Positions 26,071-34,266 of a stretch of 38,054 nt of DNA are shown piece by piece (positions within the stretch are counted from its first letter, which is position 1; each line of letters begins with the position of its first letter). Both the position numbers and the translations under genes were made by a program. This DNA is from Acidimicrobiia bacterium (lineage in GTDB: Bacteria; Actinomycetota; Acidimicrobiia; Spongiisociales; JAHEDJ01). Location: positions 1 to 38,054 of the forward strand of contig JARGFH010000036.1 in NCBI GenBank assembly GCA_029210695.1, written 5' to 3'. The notes under the pieces were generated by a model, which saw only the letters and a list, made by a program, of their open reading frames with translations, did no database searches and had not been told where the DNA came from.

Positions 26071-28534
26071 AGGTCGCCGGATCGCTGATCGCGTAATCCC
26101 CGAATTCCGCTACGACCGTCAACCGGTCGAGCCCATCCGGCACCGAGCCGGCGTCGATCTCGAATGAGAATCCCGACCGGAGAAGATCGTCACTCTTGTA
26201 CCACCTCACAACGTTCGGGTTGTCGAGATTGGGTGGGCCGTACGCAACGAGTGAGTCGCCGGCAAAGACGTAGAACCGGTCGGCGGTGACCTTCCGGCTG
26301 ACATCGGCCGCCCAACCGACCACGTGCCAGCCGGACTCGGTTCTCGTCACCTCGTCCACCTGAAGACGCCGGTTGCCCTCGTCCTGCAGTGCGAGCACGT
26401 GCCCGTCGTCTGCGATGTACTCGAGGTTCACGTCGTCCGCCGATCCGGTCAGCCATCCTGAACCGTCCGGTATCGGGACGAGGATGGTGAGTTCGTTCGC
26501 TCCGTCCGTCATCAGATCTTCTGCGACGAGCCCCCGGATCTGCCCACCGCTGGGAGTGTCCCGGGAGATGAATCCGGCCCCCGCCACCCGTCCGTTTACC
26601 GCGATGAGAATGTCGTCGCCTTCAACGTCGGTGGGCAGCTCGAGCCGGCCGGTGATCAGGGTTTGGACCATGCCGGACCGGCGATCGACCGAGGCGAGTG
26701 CATTGGCGTGATCGAGCGACCAGCGCACCTCGTCGCTGGCTTCCGGGCTGAGTTCGACCACCGGTGTGCCGACGAGTTCGCGGTATGGCCCTACCGCGGC
26801 GATCTCCGTCCAACTGTCCTGACCGGGTACCCATTGGTGGTTGCGGGCGACTTGCTCGAAGAGGACCGAGACGTCGGTGCTCGCGCCCTCCGTGCTGCAG
26901 CACCAGTGGATGATCGTGTGAGGGCGGTCGGTGCTTTCGATGTCCAGCAACGACATGCCGTCGAGCTCCCAGTCGCTGGAGATGTCCAGGGCGTCGATGA
27001 TGGTCGGGAGGATGTCGATTGTGAAGGCCGGCTCATCCCGGGTCATTCCTTCGGTTTGGCCGGGGTATTTCACGAACAACGGAACCCGGTAGAGGTCATC
27101 GCGGTTGTTCTCGTACGGCCACCGTCTGTGCTCGCCGGGGACGAATGAGGCACCGTGGTCGGCCACCACGATGATCATGGCATCATCCCAGCTGCCCGTC
27201 TCTGCCAGTCGGTCGAAGAGCGATCCGAGCATCGTATCGAGGAACCCCAGCTGGTAGAGGTGCCGCTGGAAACCGAGCCGGGTGATGTTGGGGTCGACAT
27301 CCCAGAACCCCGACCCCTGGACACCGTCGACCTCGCTGTATTGCTCCGGCCGCTCGTAGTGGGTTCCCGACGGGTTGACGACCCAGGGCACATGAGGGGA
27401 TTTCAGATGGGCGTAGTGGACCGTCGGTGGGGCGTCTTCGGTAACACCATTGATGATCCGCTGAATCCAGTCGATCCACTCGCTTCGGACACCGGCCTTG
27501 GGAACGGGAAAGTCGTCGACGGCGACGGGTGACGCCGATGGGTTGTTCTCCTGACCGAGGAACCCCTTCCAGGTGTTGTCGATGCTGGGGAGGTTGTCAC
27601 GTGCCCCGGCGGGGAGGGAGAGATGTCCGTACACCACGCCCGTATCGCGGACCAGCGAGGCGAATCGGGCCGGGGCCCTCCCGGCATAGTCCTCGCATAC
27701 ATCTTCCGGGCAGAGGTCGGCTACCCATTCGATCACGTGCATCTCATAGGCGCTGCCTAGCAGGGTGAATAGGTTGTCCGGATGGTCTATCGCCGACGGG
27801 CTGAGATCCTTGCTTCCGAAACGTCCCGTCAGCGCGGCCGGGACGCTCTGCGTTGTGGCGATGGAGGCGGACAGTGCGTTCCGGTACCAGGTGCCGGAAT
27901 TCGCCAGACGGGCGAAGTTCGGGAAAAGCGTTTCGTTGATCGAACCGTCCATGTTCATCATCGAGGCGGTTGGGAACTCATCGAGTTGTATGAAGACGAT
28001 CGAATGCGGTTGACCGACGCGGCTGGTGTCGATCGAAGCGGCGGCGGCGGGTTGTTCCCAGATGAGCCGGGACGTGGCGGAGAACACCAGGAAGAGAACG
28101 AGCACGGCCGGAAGTGCCAGCGAGAATAGAACCAGTGTTCCTTCGATTCTCTTGCGCAGGATGATCAAGACCGAGGCGATCACCAGGGTCAAAATGATCG
28201 CGCCGACGGTGCCGTCCGGTACCGCCTGCCGGCTGATCACCAGACCTAGCGCTGCTCCGCCCAGCCCTACGAAGGTTATGTAGACGCGGGTGGCCGTCCG
28301 GGATCCGATCTTCTCTGCCAAGCCTAGGAACAGGAGACCGATGAGCGGCGGAACCAACGTGATCATCAGCGCAAATAGAACGATCTGCGACTTGCTGGCT
28401 CGATTGGCGACAAAGACCTCTGGATTCTTTCCGTAGAGATCGAGAAGGGGCGCGGCAACGGCCGCGGCGCTGAGCGCGCAGATGACAAGAAAGCGGTGCC
28501 AGAGTCGGCGTCTGTTGATTCGGCTCATCGGCAC
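26060..28534 (-). CDS. Membrane-bound alkaline-phosphatase-superfamily (LtaS/sulfatase-like) transferase with C-terminal beta domains
   Basis: About 5 N-terminal TM helices, IQLDEFP, ATTQSVPAALTG (Thr at the nucleophile position), HLKSPHVPW, VVADHG, RVPLFVKYP. TACCAT lies 6 nt before GTG 28534. Confidence 0.85.
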   Translation of the reverse strand: MPMSRINRRRLWHRFLVICALSAAAVAAPLLDLYGKNPEVFVANRASKSQIVLFALMITLVPPLIGLLFLGLAEKIGSRTATRVYITFVGLGGAALGLVISRQAVPDGTVGAIILTLVIASVLIILRKRIEGTLVLFSLALPAVLVLFLVFSATSRLIWEQPAAAASIDTSRVGQPHSIVFIQLDEFPTASMMNMDGSINETLFPNFARLANSGTWYRNALSASIATTQSVPAALTGRFGSKDLSPSAIDHPDNLFTLLGSAYEMHVIEWVADLCPEDVCEDYAGRAPARFASLVRDTGVVYGHLSLPAGARDNLPSIDNTWKGFLGQENNPSASPVAVDDFPVPKAGVRSEWIDWIQRIINGVTEDAPPTVHYAHLKSPHVPWVVNPSGTHYERPEQYSEVDGVQGSGFWDVDPNITRLGFQRHLYQLGFLDTMLGSLFDRLAETGSWDDAMIIVVADHGASFVPGEHRRWPYENNRDDLYRVPLFVKYPGQTEGMTRDEPAFTIDILPTIIDALDISSDWELDGMSLLDIESTDRPHTIIHWCCSTEGASTDVSVLFEQVARNHQWVPGQDSWTEIAAVGPYRELVGTPVVELSPEASDEVRWSLDHANALASVDRRSGMVQTLITGRLELPTDVEGDDILIAVNGRVAGAGFISRDTPSGGQIRGLVAEDLMTDGANELTILVPIPDGSGWLTGSADDVNLEYIADDGHVLALQDEGNRRLQVDEVTRTESGWHVVGWAADVSRKVTADRFYVFAGDSLVAYGPPNLDNPNVVRWYKSDDLLRSGFSFEIDAGSVPDGLDRLTVVAEFGDYAISDPATFND

Positions 28535-28712
28535 CGCCGAATGGTACCGGTTGCAGGCGTCAATCAGACAACGTGCCGTCGACCCGAAATGCGCAAAGCA
28601 AGCGGTTCGGGCTCAGCCCTGAACCGAAAATGATCATGCAGTCGGCCGAAATTGGTCGCGGAGGCCCCTATTCTGCGACAATCGCCTTTGCCCGCCTCCC
28701 GAAAGACCCTTG

Positions 28713-29732
28713 ATGTCCGGCAACGCCGCCTTCAATCTGATCGACACTGCCATTGTCTCCGTTGCTCATGTGGATGCACCGGAGGTGGTTACTTCCGCAG
28801 AATTCGACGAGATCCTTGCCGAGACCTACGAGCGGGTCGGCGCTCAACCGGGACTTCTCGAGAGCCTCGCCGGCATCCGTGAGCGCCGCTGGTGGCCCGA
28901 AGGGCATCTTTTCACCGATGCAGCTGCCGCAGCCGGAGCAAAGGCGATCGAGGCCAGCGGCGTCCGGGTCGAAGAGATCGGCTTGCTGATCGACACTTCG
29001 GTCTGCCGCGATCGGCTCGAACCGTCTTCCGCGGTCACGGTCCACAATGCGCTCGATCTCCCCAGCTGGTGTCTCAATTTCGACCTCTCCAACGCCTGCC
29101 TCGGGTTCGTCAATGCACTCCAGGTGGCCGGCAACATGATCGACGCCGGACAGATCAACTATGCCCTGATCGTCGACGGCGAGGGCAGCCGCCTCATTCA
29201 GCAGAGAACCCTGGAACGGCTCTCGAGTCCCGATGCGACCATGGCCGACCTCTTCGCCGAATTCGCATCGCTGACGCTCGGCTCGGGAGGGGCCGCCGCA
29301 GTCGTTGGACGGCACTCTGAGAACCCCGGGAGCCACAAGGTGGTTGGTGGGGTGGCCAGGGCTGACACGAGTCACCACAACCTGTGTATCGGGGATATGA
29401 ACCAGATGCGTACGGATACCAGAGGTCTTCTGGATGCCGGACTGCAGGTCTCCAAGCTGGGCTGGATCGATGCAGAGGAGCGGGGCTGGCTGGAGGTCGA
29501 CCGCTACATCGTCCATCAGATCTCACTGGTGCACACGACGATGCTGTGTGAGCACCTGGGAATAGACATGGCCAAGGTTCCGCTCACGTTCCCGTACCTC
29601 GGCAACGTCGGCCCGGCGTCGATTCCCATCACTCTGTCCCGGGAAGCCGACTCACTCCTGGCCGGGGATAAAGTCCTCCTGATGGGGATGGGGTCCGGCA
29701 TCAATGCATCGGTGATTGAACTGGTCTGGTGA
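28713..29732 (+). CDS. oleA: OleA, thiolase-fold head-to-head acyl-CoA condensing enzyme
   Basis: SVCRDRLEPS (Glu base), SNACLGF (Cys), FASLTLGSG, VHQIS (His), GNVGPASIP (Asn), GSGIN; ole operon context. Confidence 0.9.
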   Translation: MSGNAAFNLIDTAIVSVAHVDAPEVVTSAEFDEILAETYERVGAQPGLLESLAGIRERRWWPEGHLFTDAAAAAGAKAIEASGVRVEEIGLLIDTSVCRDRLEPSSAVTVHNALDLPSWCLNFDLSNACLGFVNALQVAGNMIDAGQINYALIVDGEGSRLIQQRTLERLSSPDATMADLFAEFASLTLGSGGAAAVVGRHSENPGSHKVVGGVARADTSHHNLCIGDMNQMRTDTRGLLDAGLQVSKLGWIDAEERGWLEVDRYIVHQISLVHTTMLCEHLGIDMAKVPLTFPYLGNVGPASIPITLSREADSLLAGDKVLLMGMGSGINASVIELVW

Positions 29733-32299
29733 CCGCCGGTTCGACGTCGCCGGCCGCACTTCCTCCGTCCGGCCTGGCCGGTCTCGAACCCGGGTGGTCG
29801 CGGCTCGTCACGACAGCGGGCCTCGACGGAGCCGGCCGAACCTGGCACGTGCTCGACAACGGTGCGCAAGATCCGACCCTCACCCTGCTGTGTGTGCACG
29901 GCAACCCGACCTGGTCGTATCTCTGGCGTGAGCTGATCGCCGGCGCCCCGCCAACGGTGCGGGTGGTTGCGCCGGATCAGCTCGACATGGGTTTCTCGGA
30001 ACGGACCGGGACGGCTCGCCGGTTTGAGCAGCGGATCGAGGATCTGTGTGCACTGACCGAGGAACTGGGACTGAAGGGACCGGTCGTGACAGTCGCCCAC
30101 GACTGGGGTGGTCCGGTTTCTCTGGGCTGGGCCGAGCGCCATCGCGATCAGATGGCCGGAATCGTGCTGATGAACACGGCCGTGCACCAACCGGGCGGGT
30201 TGACGGCACCCCGGCTGATCCGCATGGTCCGGGCCGGTGGGATCCTGGAGAAAGCCTGCGTTGCGACTCCGACCTTTCTGCGGGGAGCCCTGGCCCTGGC
30301 TCGACCTCGCCTTGCCACGTCCATCCGCGAGGCCTATGAAGCTCCGTACCGCACTTCCGACCGGCGAGCGGGGATCGGCGCCTTCGTCGAGGACATCCCG
30401 CTGAGTGACGATCACCCGACCCGGCGGCCTCTGGATGAGGTTGCCGCCGGCCTCGACCAACTTGGCGAAGTTCCGGCGCTGCTTCTGTGGGGCCCACGCG
30501 ACCCGGTGTTCTCCGAGCGCTATCTGCACGACCTCGTTGCCCGGCTACCGAAGTCCGAGATTCATCGATTCGAGGGTGCCGGTCACCTCGTGACCGAGGA
30601 CGCCGATGTCGCAAGTGCCATTTCCACCTGGGTCCAGGGGCTCGACCGTGCGCCCTTCCCGGTTACACCGATCGCGGATCGAGAACCGCTCTGGGCCGCC
30701 CTCGACCGGCGGAGCGAAGATGCCGCCGTGGCCATCGTCGAGATGGGTTCCGGCGGAGCAGAAGCATCCCTTACGTTTGCAGAACTCAATTCGGATGTGA
30801 GGAGCGTGGCTGCCGGGCTCGCCGAGTTCGGCGTTGAGAAAGGCGATCGGGTCGCCTTGCTGGTTCCACCGGGCATCGACCTGGCCGTCTCTCTCTACGC
30901 CTGCTGGCGGATTGGGGCGGTGGTGGTGGTTGCCGATGCCGGTCTCGGTGCCCGTGGCATGAGCAGGGCACTCGCAGCCGCCAACCCGGACTACCTCATC
31001 GGGGTTCCCCGTGCCCTGGCCGCCGCCCGGACGCTGGGCTGGCCCGGTCTGCGGATTTCAACCGCACCGCTGGGGCCGGCTCTCGTCCGTCTGTTTGATG
31101 TGCGGGCGACCCTCGATGAGCTGCGCAGCCGAGGCAAACGGCGCCCGGCTCCGCCGATGCCGGAGCCCGTCGATGAGGCGGCGATCGCTTTTACGTCCGG
31201 CGCGACGGGGCCTGCCAAGGGAGTTGCGTATCGGCACCACCAGCTTCAGGCCCAGCGTGACGCCCTCGTCGATCTATACGGGATCCATAGCGATGACCGC
31301 CTGGTGGCCGCGTTCGGGCCGTTCGCCCTGTTCGGGCCCGCCATGGGTATAACTTCCGTGGTGCCGGACATGGTTGTTACTGCTCCGGGCAGCCTCACCG
31401 CTCGAGCACTGGCGGAGGCCGTGCAGGCAGTCCGGGCAACGCTCGTCTTCGCCTCTCCCGCCGCGTTGACCAATGCTGCGCTGACGGCAGACGGGGTATC
31501 GGCTGCCGGAGCCGCCGCAATGCAGGGGGTCCGGTTGGTGATGTCGGCGGGGGCACCGGTTCAAGTCGACGTTTTGCGCGGAGCCGTCGCGCTGATGCCG
31601 CGGGCCCAGGCGCGCACTCCCTACGGCATGACCGAGGTTCTGCCCGTCGCGGACATCAGCCTGACGGAAATCGAGGCGGTCGGATCGGGAAATGGAGTAT
31701 GTGTCGGACATCCGGTTCGAGGTGTCGAGGTGGCGATCAGCCCCTTCGGCTCCGGCGCTGAGGAGACGGGCACCCTTACCCACGCCGGCGGCGTCGCAGG
31801 CGAAGTCTGCATCCGGGCCGCGCACATGCGGGACGGTTACGACGGCCTCTGGATGACTCAGCAACTGGCGTCGCAACCGGCCGGTTGGCACCGCAGCGGG
31901 GATGTGGGCCATTTCGATGACGCCGGCCGCCTGTGGATTGAAGGCAGGGTCGGACACATCGTGACGACTGCAGGCGGATTGGTGACTCCGGTCGGGATTG
32001 AGCATTCGGTGACGGCTCTTCCCGATGTTGCGCAAGCGGCTGCAGTCGGGATCGGTCCGGCCGGCACGCAGCAGTTGGTCGTGGTGGTGGTTCCGGTGGC
32101 CGGCCGCCGGCGTCCGGATCTGGCCGATGAGGATCTAGCCGATCGGGTCAGAGCGCGGGTCGGCGCGATCGACGTAGCCGCGGTCCTGACGGTCCCGTCA
32201 CTTCCCGTCGACAAGCGTCACAACTCCAAGATCGATCGTCCCCGGGTCGCCCGTTGGGCAGCGCAGGTACTGGCCGGCGGCCGCTTGGGTCGAATATGA
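29729..32299 (+). CDS. oleBC: OleBC fusion: beta-lactone decarboxylase (alpha/beta hydrolase) plus beta-lactone synthetase (AMP ligase)
   Basis: HGNPTWS, HDWGG, MNT, GAGHL.TED, followed by FTSGATGPAKG, TPYGMTE, HRSGDVG and VDKRHNSKIDR. Confidence 0.9.
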   Translation: MTAGSTSPAALPPSGLAGLEPGWSRLVTTAGLDGAGRTWHVLDNGAQDPTLTLLCVHGNPTWSYLWRELIAGAPPTVRVVAPDQLDMGFSERTGTARRFEQRIEDLCALTEELGLKGPVVTVAHDWGGPVSLGWAERHRDQMAGIVLMNTAVHQPGGLTAPRLIRMVRAGGILEKACVATPTFLRGALALARPRLATSIREAYEAPYRTSDRRAGIGAFVEDIPLSDDHPTRRPLDEVAAGLDQLGEVPALLLWGPRDPVFSERYLHDLVARLPKSEIHRFEGAGHLVTEDADVASAISTWVQGLDRAPFPVTPIADREPLWAALDRRSEDAAVAIVEMGSGGAEASLTFAELNSDVRSVAAGLAEFGVEKGDRVALLVPPGIDLAVSLYACWRIGAVVVVADAGLGARGMSRALAAANPDYLIGVPRALAAARTLGWPGLRISTAPLGPALVRLFDVRATLDELRSRGKRRPAPPMPEPVDEAAIAFTSGATGPAKGVAYRHHQLQAQRDALVDLYGIHSDDRLVAAFGPFALFGPAMGITSVVPDMVVTAPGSLTARALAEAVQAVRATLVFASPAALTNAALTADGVSAAGAAAMQGVRLVMSAGAPVQVDVLRGAVALMPRAQARTPYGMTEVLPVADISLTEIEAVGSGNGVCVGHPVRGVEVAISPFGSGAEETGTLTHAGGVAGEVCIRAAHMRDGYDGLWMTQQLASQPAGWHRSGDVGHFDDAGRLWIEGRVGHIVTTAGGLVTPVGIEHSVTALPDVAQAAAVGIGPAGTQQLVVVVVPVAGRRRPDLADEDLADRVRARVGAIDVAAVLTVPSLPVDKRHNSKIDRPRVARWAAQVLAGGRLGRI

Positions 32300-33288
32300 G
32301 AGTTCTCGTTACGGGCGCCACGAGCTTGCTGGGACGCGTAGTTGTGGGCCGGCTGACCGGCCGCGGAGACGATGTCACGGTTTTCCAGCGAAGACCCGCC
32401 GACCTAGGGGTTGCCGAACACCTTGGTGACGTTGCAGACCGTGCGGCGGTAGTCGCGGCCATGGCCGGGGCGGAGGGGGTCATCCACCTGGCTGCCCGAG
32501 CGACGGTGACCGGATCGTGGCAGCAGTTCGAATCGACCAACGTCATCGGCACACGGAACGCCCTCGATGTCGCCAGTGCAGAAGGGGTCGACCGGTTCGT
32601 GCACGTGTCGTCTCCGTCGGTTGCCCACGCAGGCAGATCGCTCGTCGGGGAAGCCGCCGGTCCCGCAGATCCCGATCGCGCCCGGGGGCACTATGCCAGG
32701 AGCAAGGCACAGGCAGAACTGATCGCGCAGGCCGCCAATTCGACGAGCCTGGCGGTCGTCGCCATCAGGCCTCATCTCATCTGGGGGCCGGGTGACACGC
32801 AGCTGGTGGAGCGGATTGTGAGCAGGGCCCGAGGGGGCCGATTGGCGATCGTGGGTTCCGGTGCTTCCCTGATCGATACCACCTATGTCGACAATGCCGC
32901 CGATGCCCTCGTGGCCGCCTTGGACCGGGCTCCGGAGCTTGGAGGCAGAGCGCTGGTGGTCACCAACGGGCAGCCACGCCCGGTTCGCGAGTTGTTGAAC
33001 AGAATCGTTCTCGCCGCCGGTCTGGAGCCGCCCCGCGTCAAGGTTCCCTACCGGGTGGCTCGTACCAGCGGACTCGTCGTGGAGCGGATCTGGGAGCGGC
33101 AGAGAAGGGAAGATGACCCCCCGATGACGAGCTTCCTCGCCGAGCAGCTCGGAACGGCCCACTGGTTCGACCAGCGAGAGACCAGGAGGGCCCTCTCGTG
33201 GGAGCCGGTGGTGAGTCTGGATGAGGGTTTTCGGCGGCTCAACGCCTGGTATGAAACAGGCGGCGCCGGATCGGCCCGCCGCGGCTAG
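32296..33288 (+). CDS. oleD: OleD, 2-alkyl-3-oxoalkanoate reductase (extended SDR)
   Basis: VLVTGATSLLG, HVSSPSV, YARSK, IRPHLIWGPGD; ATGA-coupled to oleBC. Confidence 0.88.
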   Translation: MRVLVTGATSLLGRVVVGRLTGRGDDVTVFQRRPADLGVAEHLGDVADRAAVVAAMAGAEGVIHLAARATVTGSWQQFESTNVIGTRNALDVASAEGVDRFVHVSSPSVAHAGRSLVGEAAGPADPDRARGHYARSKAQAELIAQAANSTSLAVVAIRPHLIWGPGDTQLVERIVSRARGGRLAIVGSGASLIDTTYVDNAADALVAALDRAPELGGRALVVTNGQPRPVRELLNRIVLAAGLEPPRVKVPYRVARTSGLVVERIWERQRREDDPPMTSFLAEQLGTAHWFDQRETRRALSWEPVVSLDEGFRRLNAWYETGGAGSARRG

Positions 33289-33322
33289 CGGCGGGCGCCG
33301 CTGCGGGCCATCCCACTTCCTT

Positions 33323-33348
33323 GGAAGAAATCCTCTGCATCGGCGGTT
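33323..33348 (+). promoter_or_regulatory. SigmaR/SigH-type ECF promoter
   Basis: GGAAG-N18-GTT versus the consensus GGAAY-N18-GTT, about 50 nt upstream of the rsrA-like gene. Confidence 0.5.
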
Positions 33349-33397
33349 GTCAACGCTTGGACGGCAACGAAGCTCGATCGGGAGCGCGTAAACGAGG

Positions 33398-33646
33398 ATG
33401 TACAACGGCAGCTGCGAACACGCGATCGCTCAGATCTACTTCTACCTCGACGGTGAGATCACGTGGATCGCCAGGCTGCGCGTCGCCCGCCATCTGCGGA
33501 GATGCCGGGACTGTTCGGGTGCCTACGACTTCGAGAGCCGCCTGAAGGCGATCGTGCGCGATCACCTTTCCGTGGAACCCCCACCCGAAGCGATCGGCCG
33601 TCTACGCGCGTTTCTCAGAGAGAACGAATCGGGATTCGGGCGCTGA
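33398..33646 (+). CDS. Zinc-binding anti-sigma factor (ZAS), RsrA/RshA-like
   Basis: C..A...IYFYLDGE...HLRRCRDC...YDFE.RLK..V with the HxxxCxxC motif; 82 aa, soluble. Confidence 0.85.
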   Translation: MYNGSCEHAIAQIYFYLDGEITWIARLRVARHLRRCRDCSGAYDFESRLKAIVRDHLSVEPPPEAIGRLRAFLRENESGFGR

Positions 33647-33766
33647 GAGGTCCCGGGCTTGTCCGGTGAGTCCGTGTCGTTGAGTGCCGCTAGGCCAGCG
33701 CACTGAGTACTGTTCTGGTCACGAACGGGGTTGCCCGCAACCGAATGATCCAGGTGTGGAGAGACA

Positions 33767-34063
33767 ATGATCACGAAGCGCTTCTTCAAGACGAAAGATG
33801 AGGTCGAAGTCGCGTTCGAGCTCTCCCTTCCGGTTGACGTTGACGGCGTCTCGGTGCTGTGCGATGCGACCGAATGGGTGGCTACCCCAATGCGGCGCGC
33901 CAAAGGTGCGTGGCGGGTACGGTTACGCCTTCCCGTCGACCGGCACATTCAGTTCCGGTACCTGGCCAGTGGTGGGATCTGGATCACCGACGACGAAGCC
34001 GACGGCTACGTCGACAACCCCCACGGTGGCCAGAACTCGGTGGTCAATACCTACCGTCCCTGA
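33767..34063 (+). CDS. Stand-alone isoamylase early-set/CBM48 domain protein
   Basis: V.F.L...W...PMRR..G.W...L.LP...QFRYL..G..W..D..AD.YV.NP.GGQNSV. Confidence 0.85.
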   Translation: MITKRFFKTKDEVEVAFELSLPVDVDGVSVLCDATEWVATPMRRAKGAWRVRLRLPVDRHIQFRYLASGGIWITDDEADGYVDNPHGGQNSVVNTYRP

Positions 34064-34068
34064 CGTAT

Positions 34069-34085
34069 CGTTCAGTTCCTGAACG
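34069..34085 (+). terminator. Short hairpin after the CBM48 gene
   Basis: CGTTCAG-ttc-CTGAACG, 5 nt after the stop codon; no U-tract. Confidence 0.35.
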
Positions 34086-34240
34086 GGTTAGATGGAAGGC
34101 AGGGAGAACCCCCCCCCGGAAGTTATGACCGTGCGGGGCAAGCGCCGACGAAATCCCCCGAACGGCGTCGGTGTAGGTGTCCTCGGGATTCCGGTCCGCT
34201 CCTGCGCCGATCGCGGTGTCCCGGTCCCATACCAGCTAAC

Positions 34241-34266
34241 GTCGCTACCCGGAAGGGAGCGACATG
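34241..34266 (+). promoter_or_regulatory. Hairpin that sequesters the Shine-Dalgarno sequence
   Basis: GTCGCT-a-CCC-ggaa-GGG-AGCGAC immediately followed by ATG. Confidence 0.5.

Noticed and set aside
26060..28534. True formylglycine-dependent sulfatase
   Set aside because: The (C/S)xPxR motif is replaced by TTQSV, with Thr at the nucleophile position and no Arg.
29729..30660. Haloalkane dehalogenase
   Set aside because: Same fold, but fusion to OleC between oleA and oleD identifies it as OleB.
28713..33288. Beta-lactone natural-product cluster
   Set aside because: An OleB domain with intact Asp and His motifs should decarboxylate the lactone to an olefin; no NRPS or tailoring genes are present.
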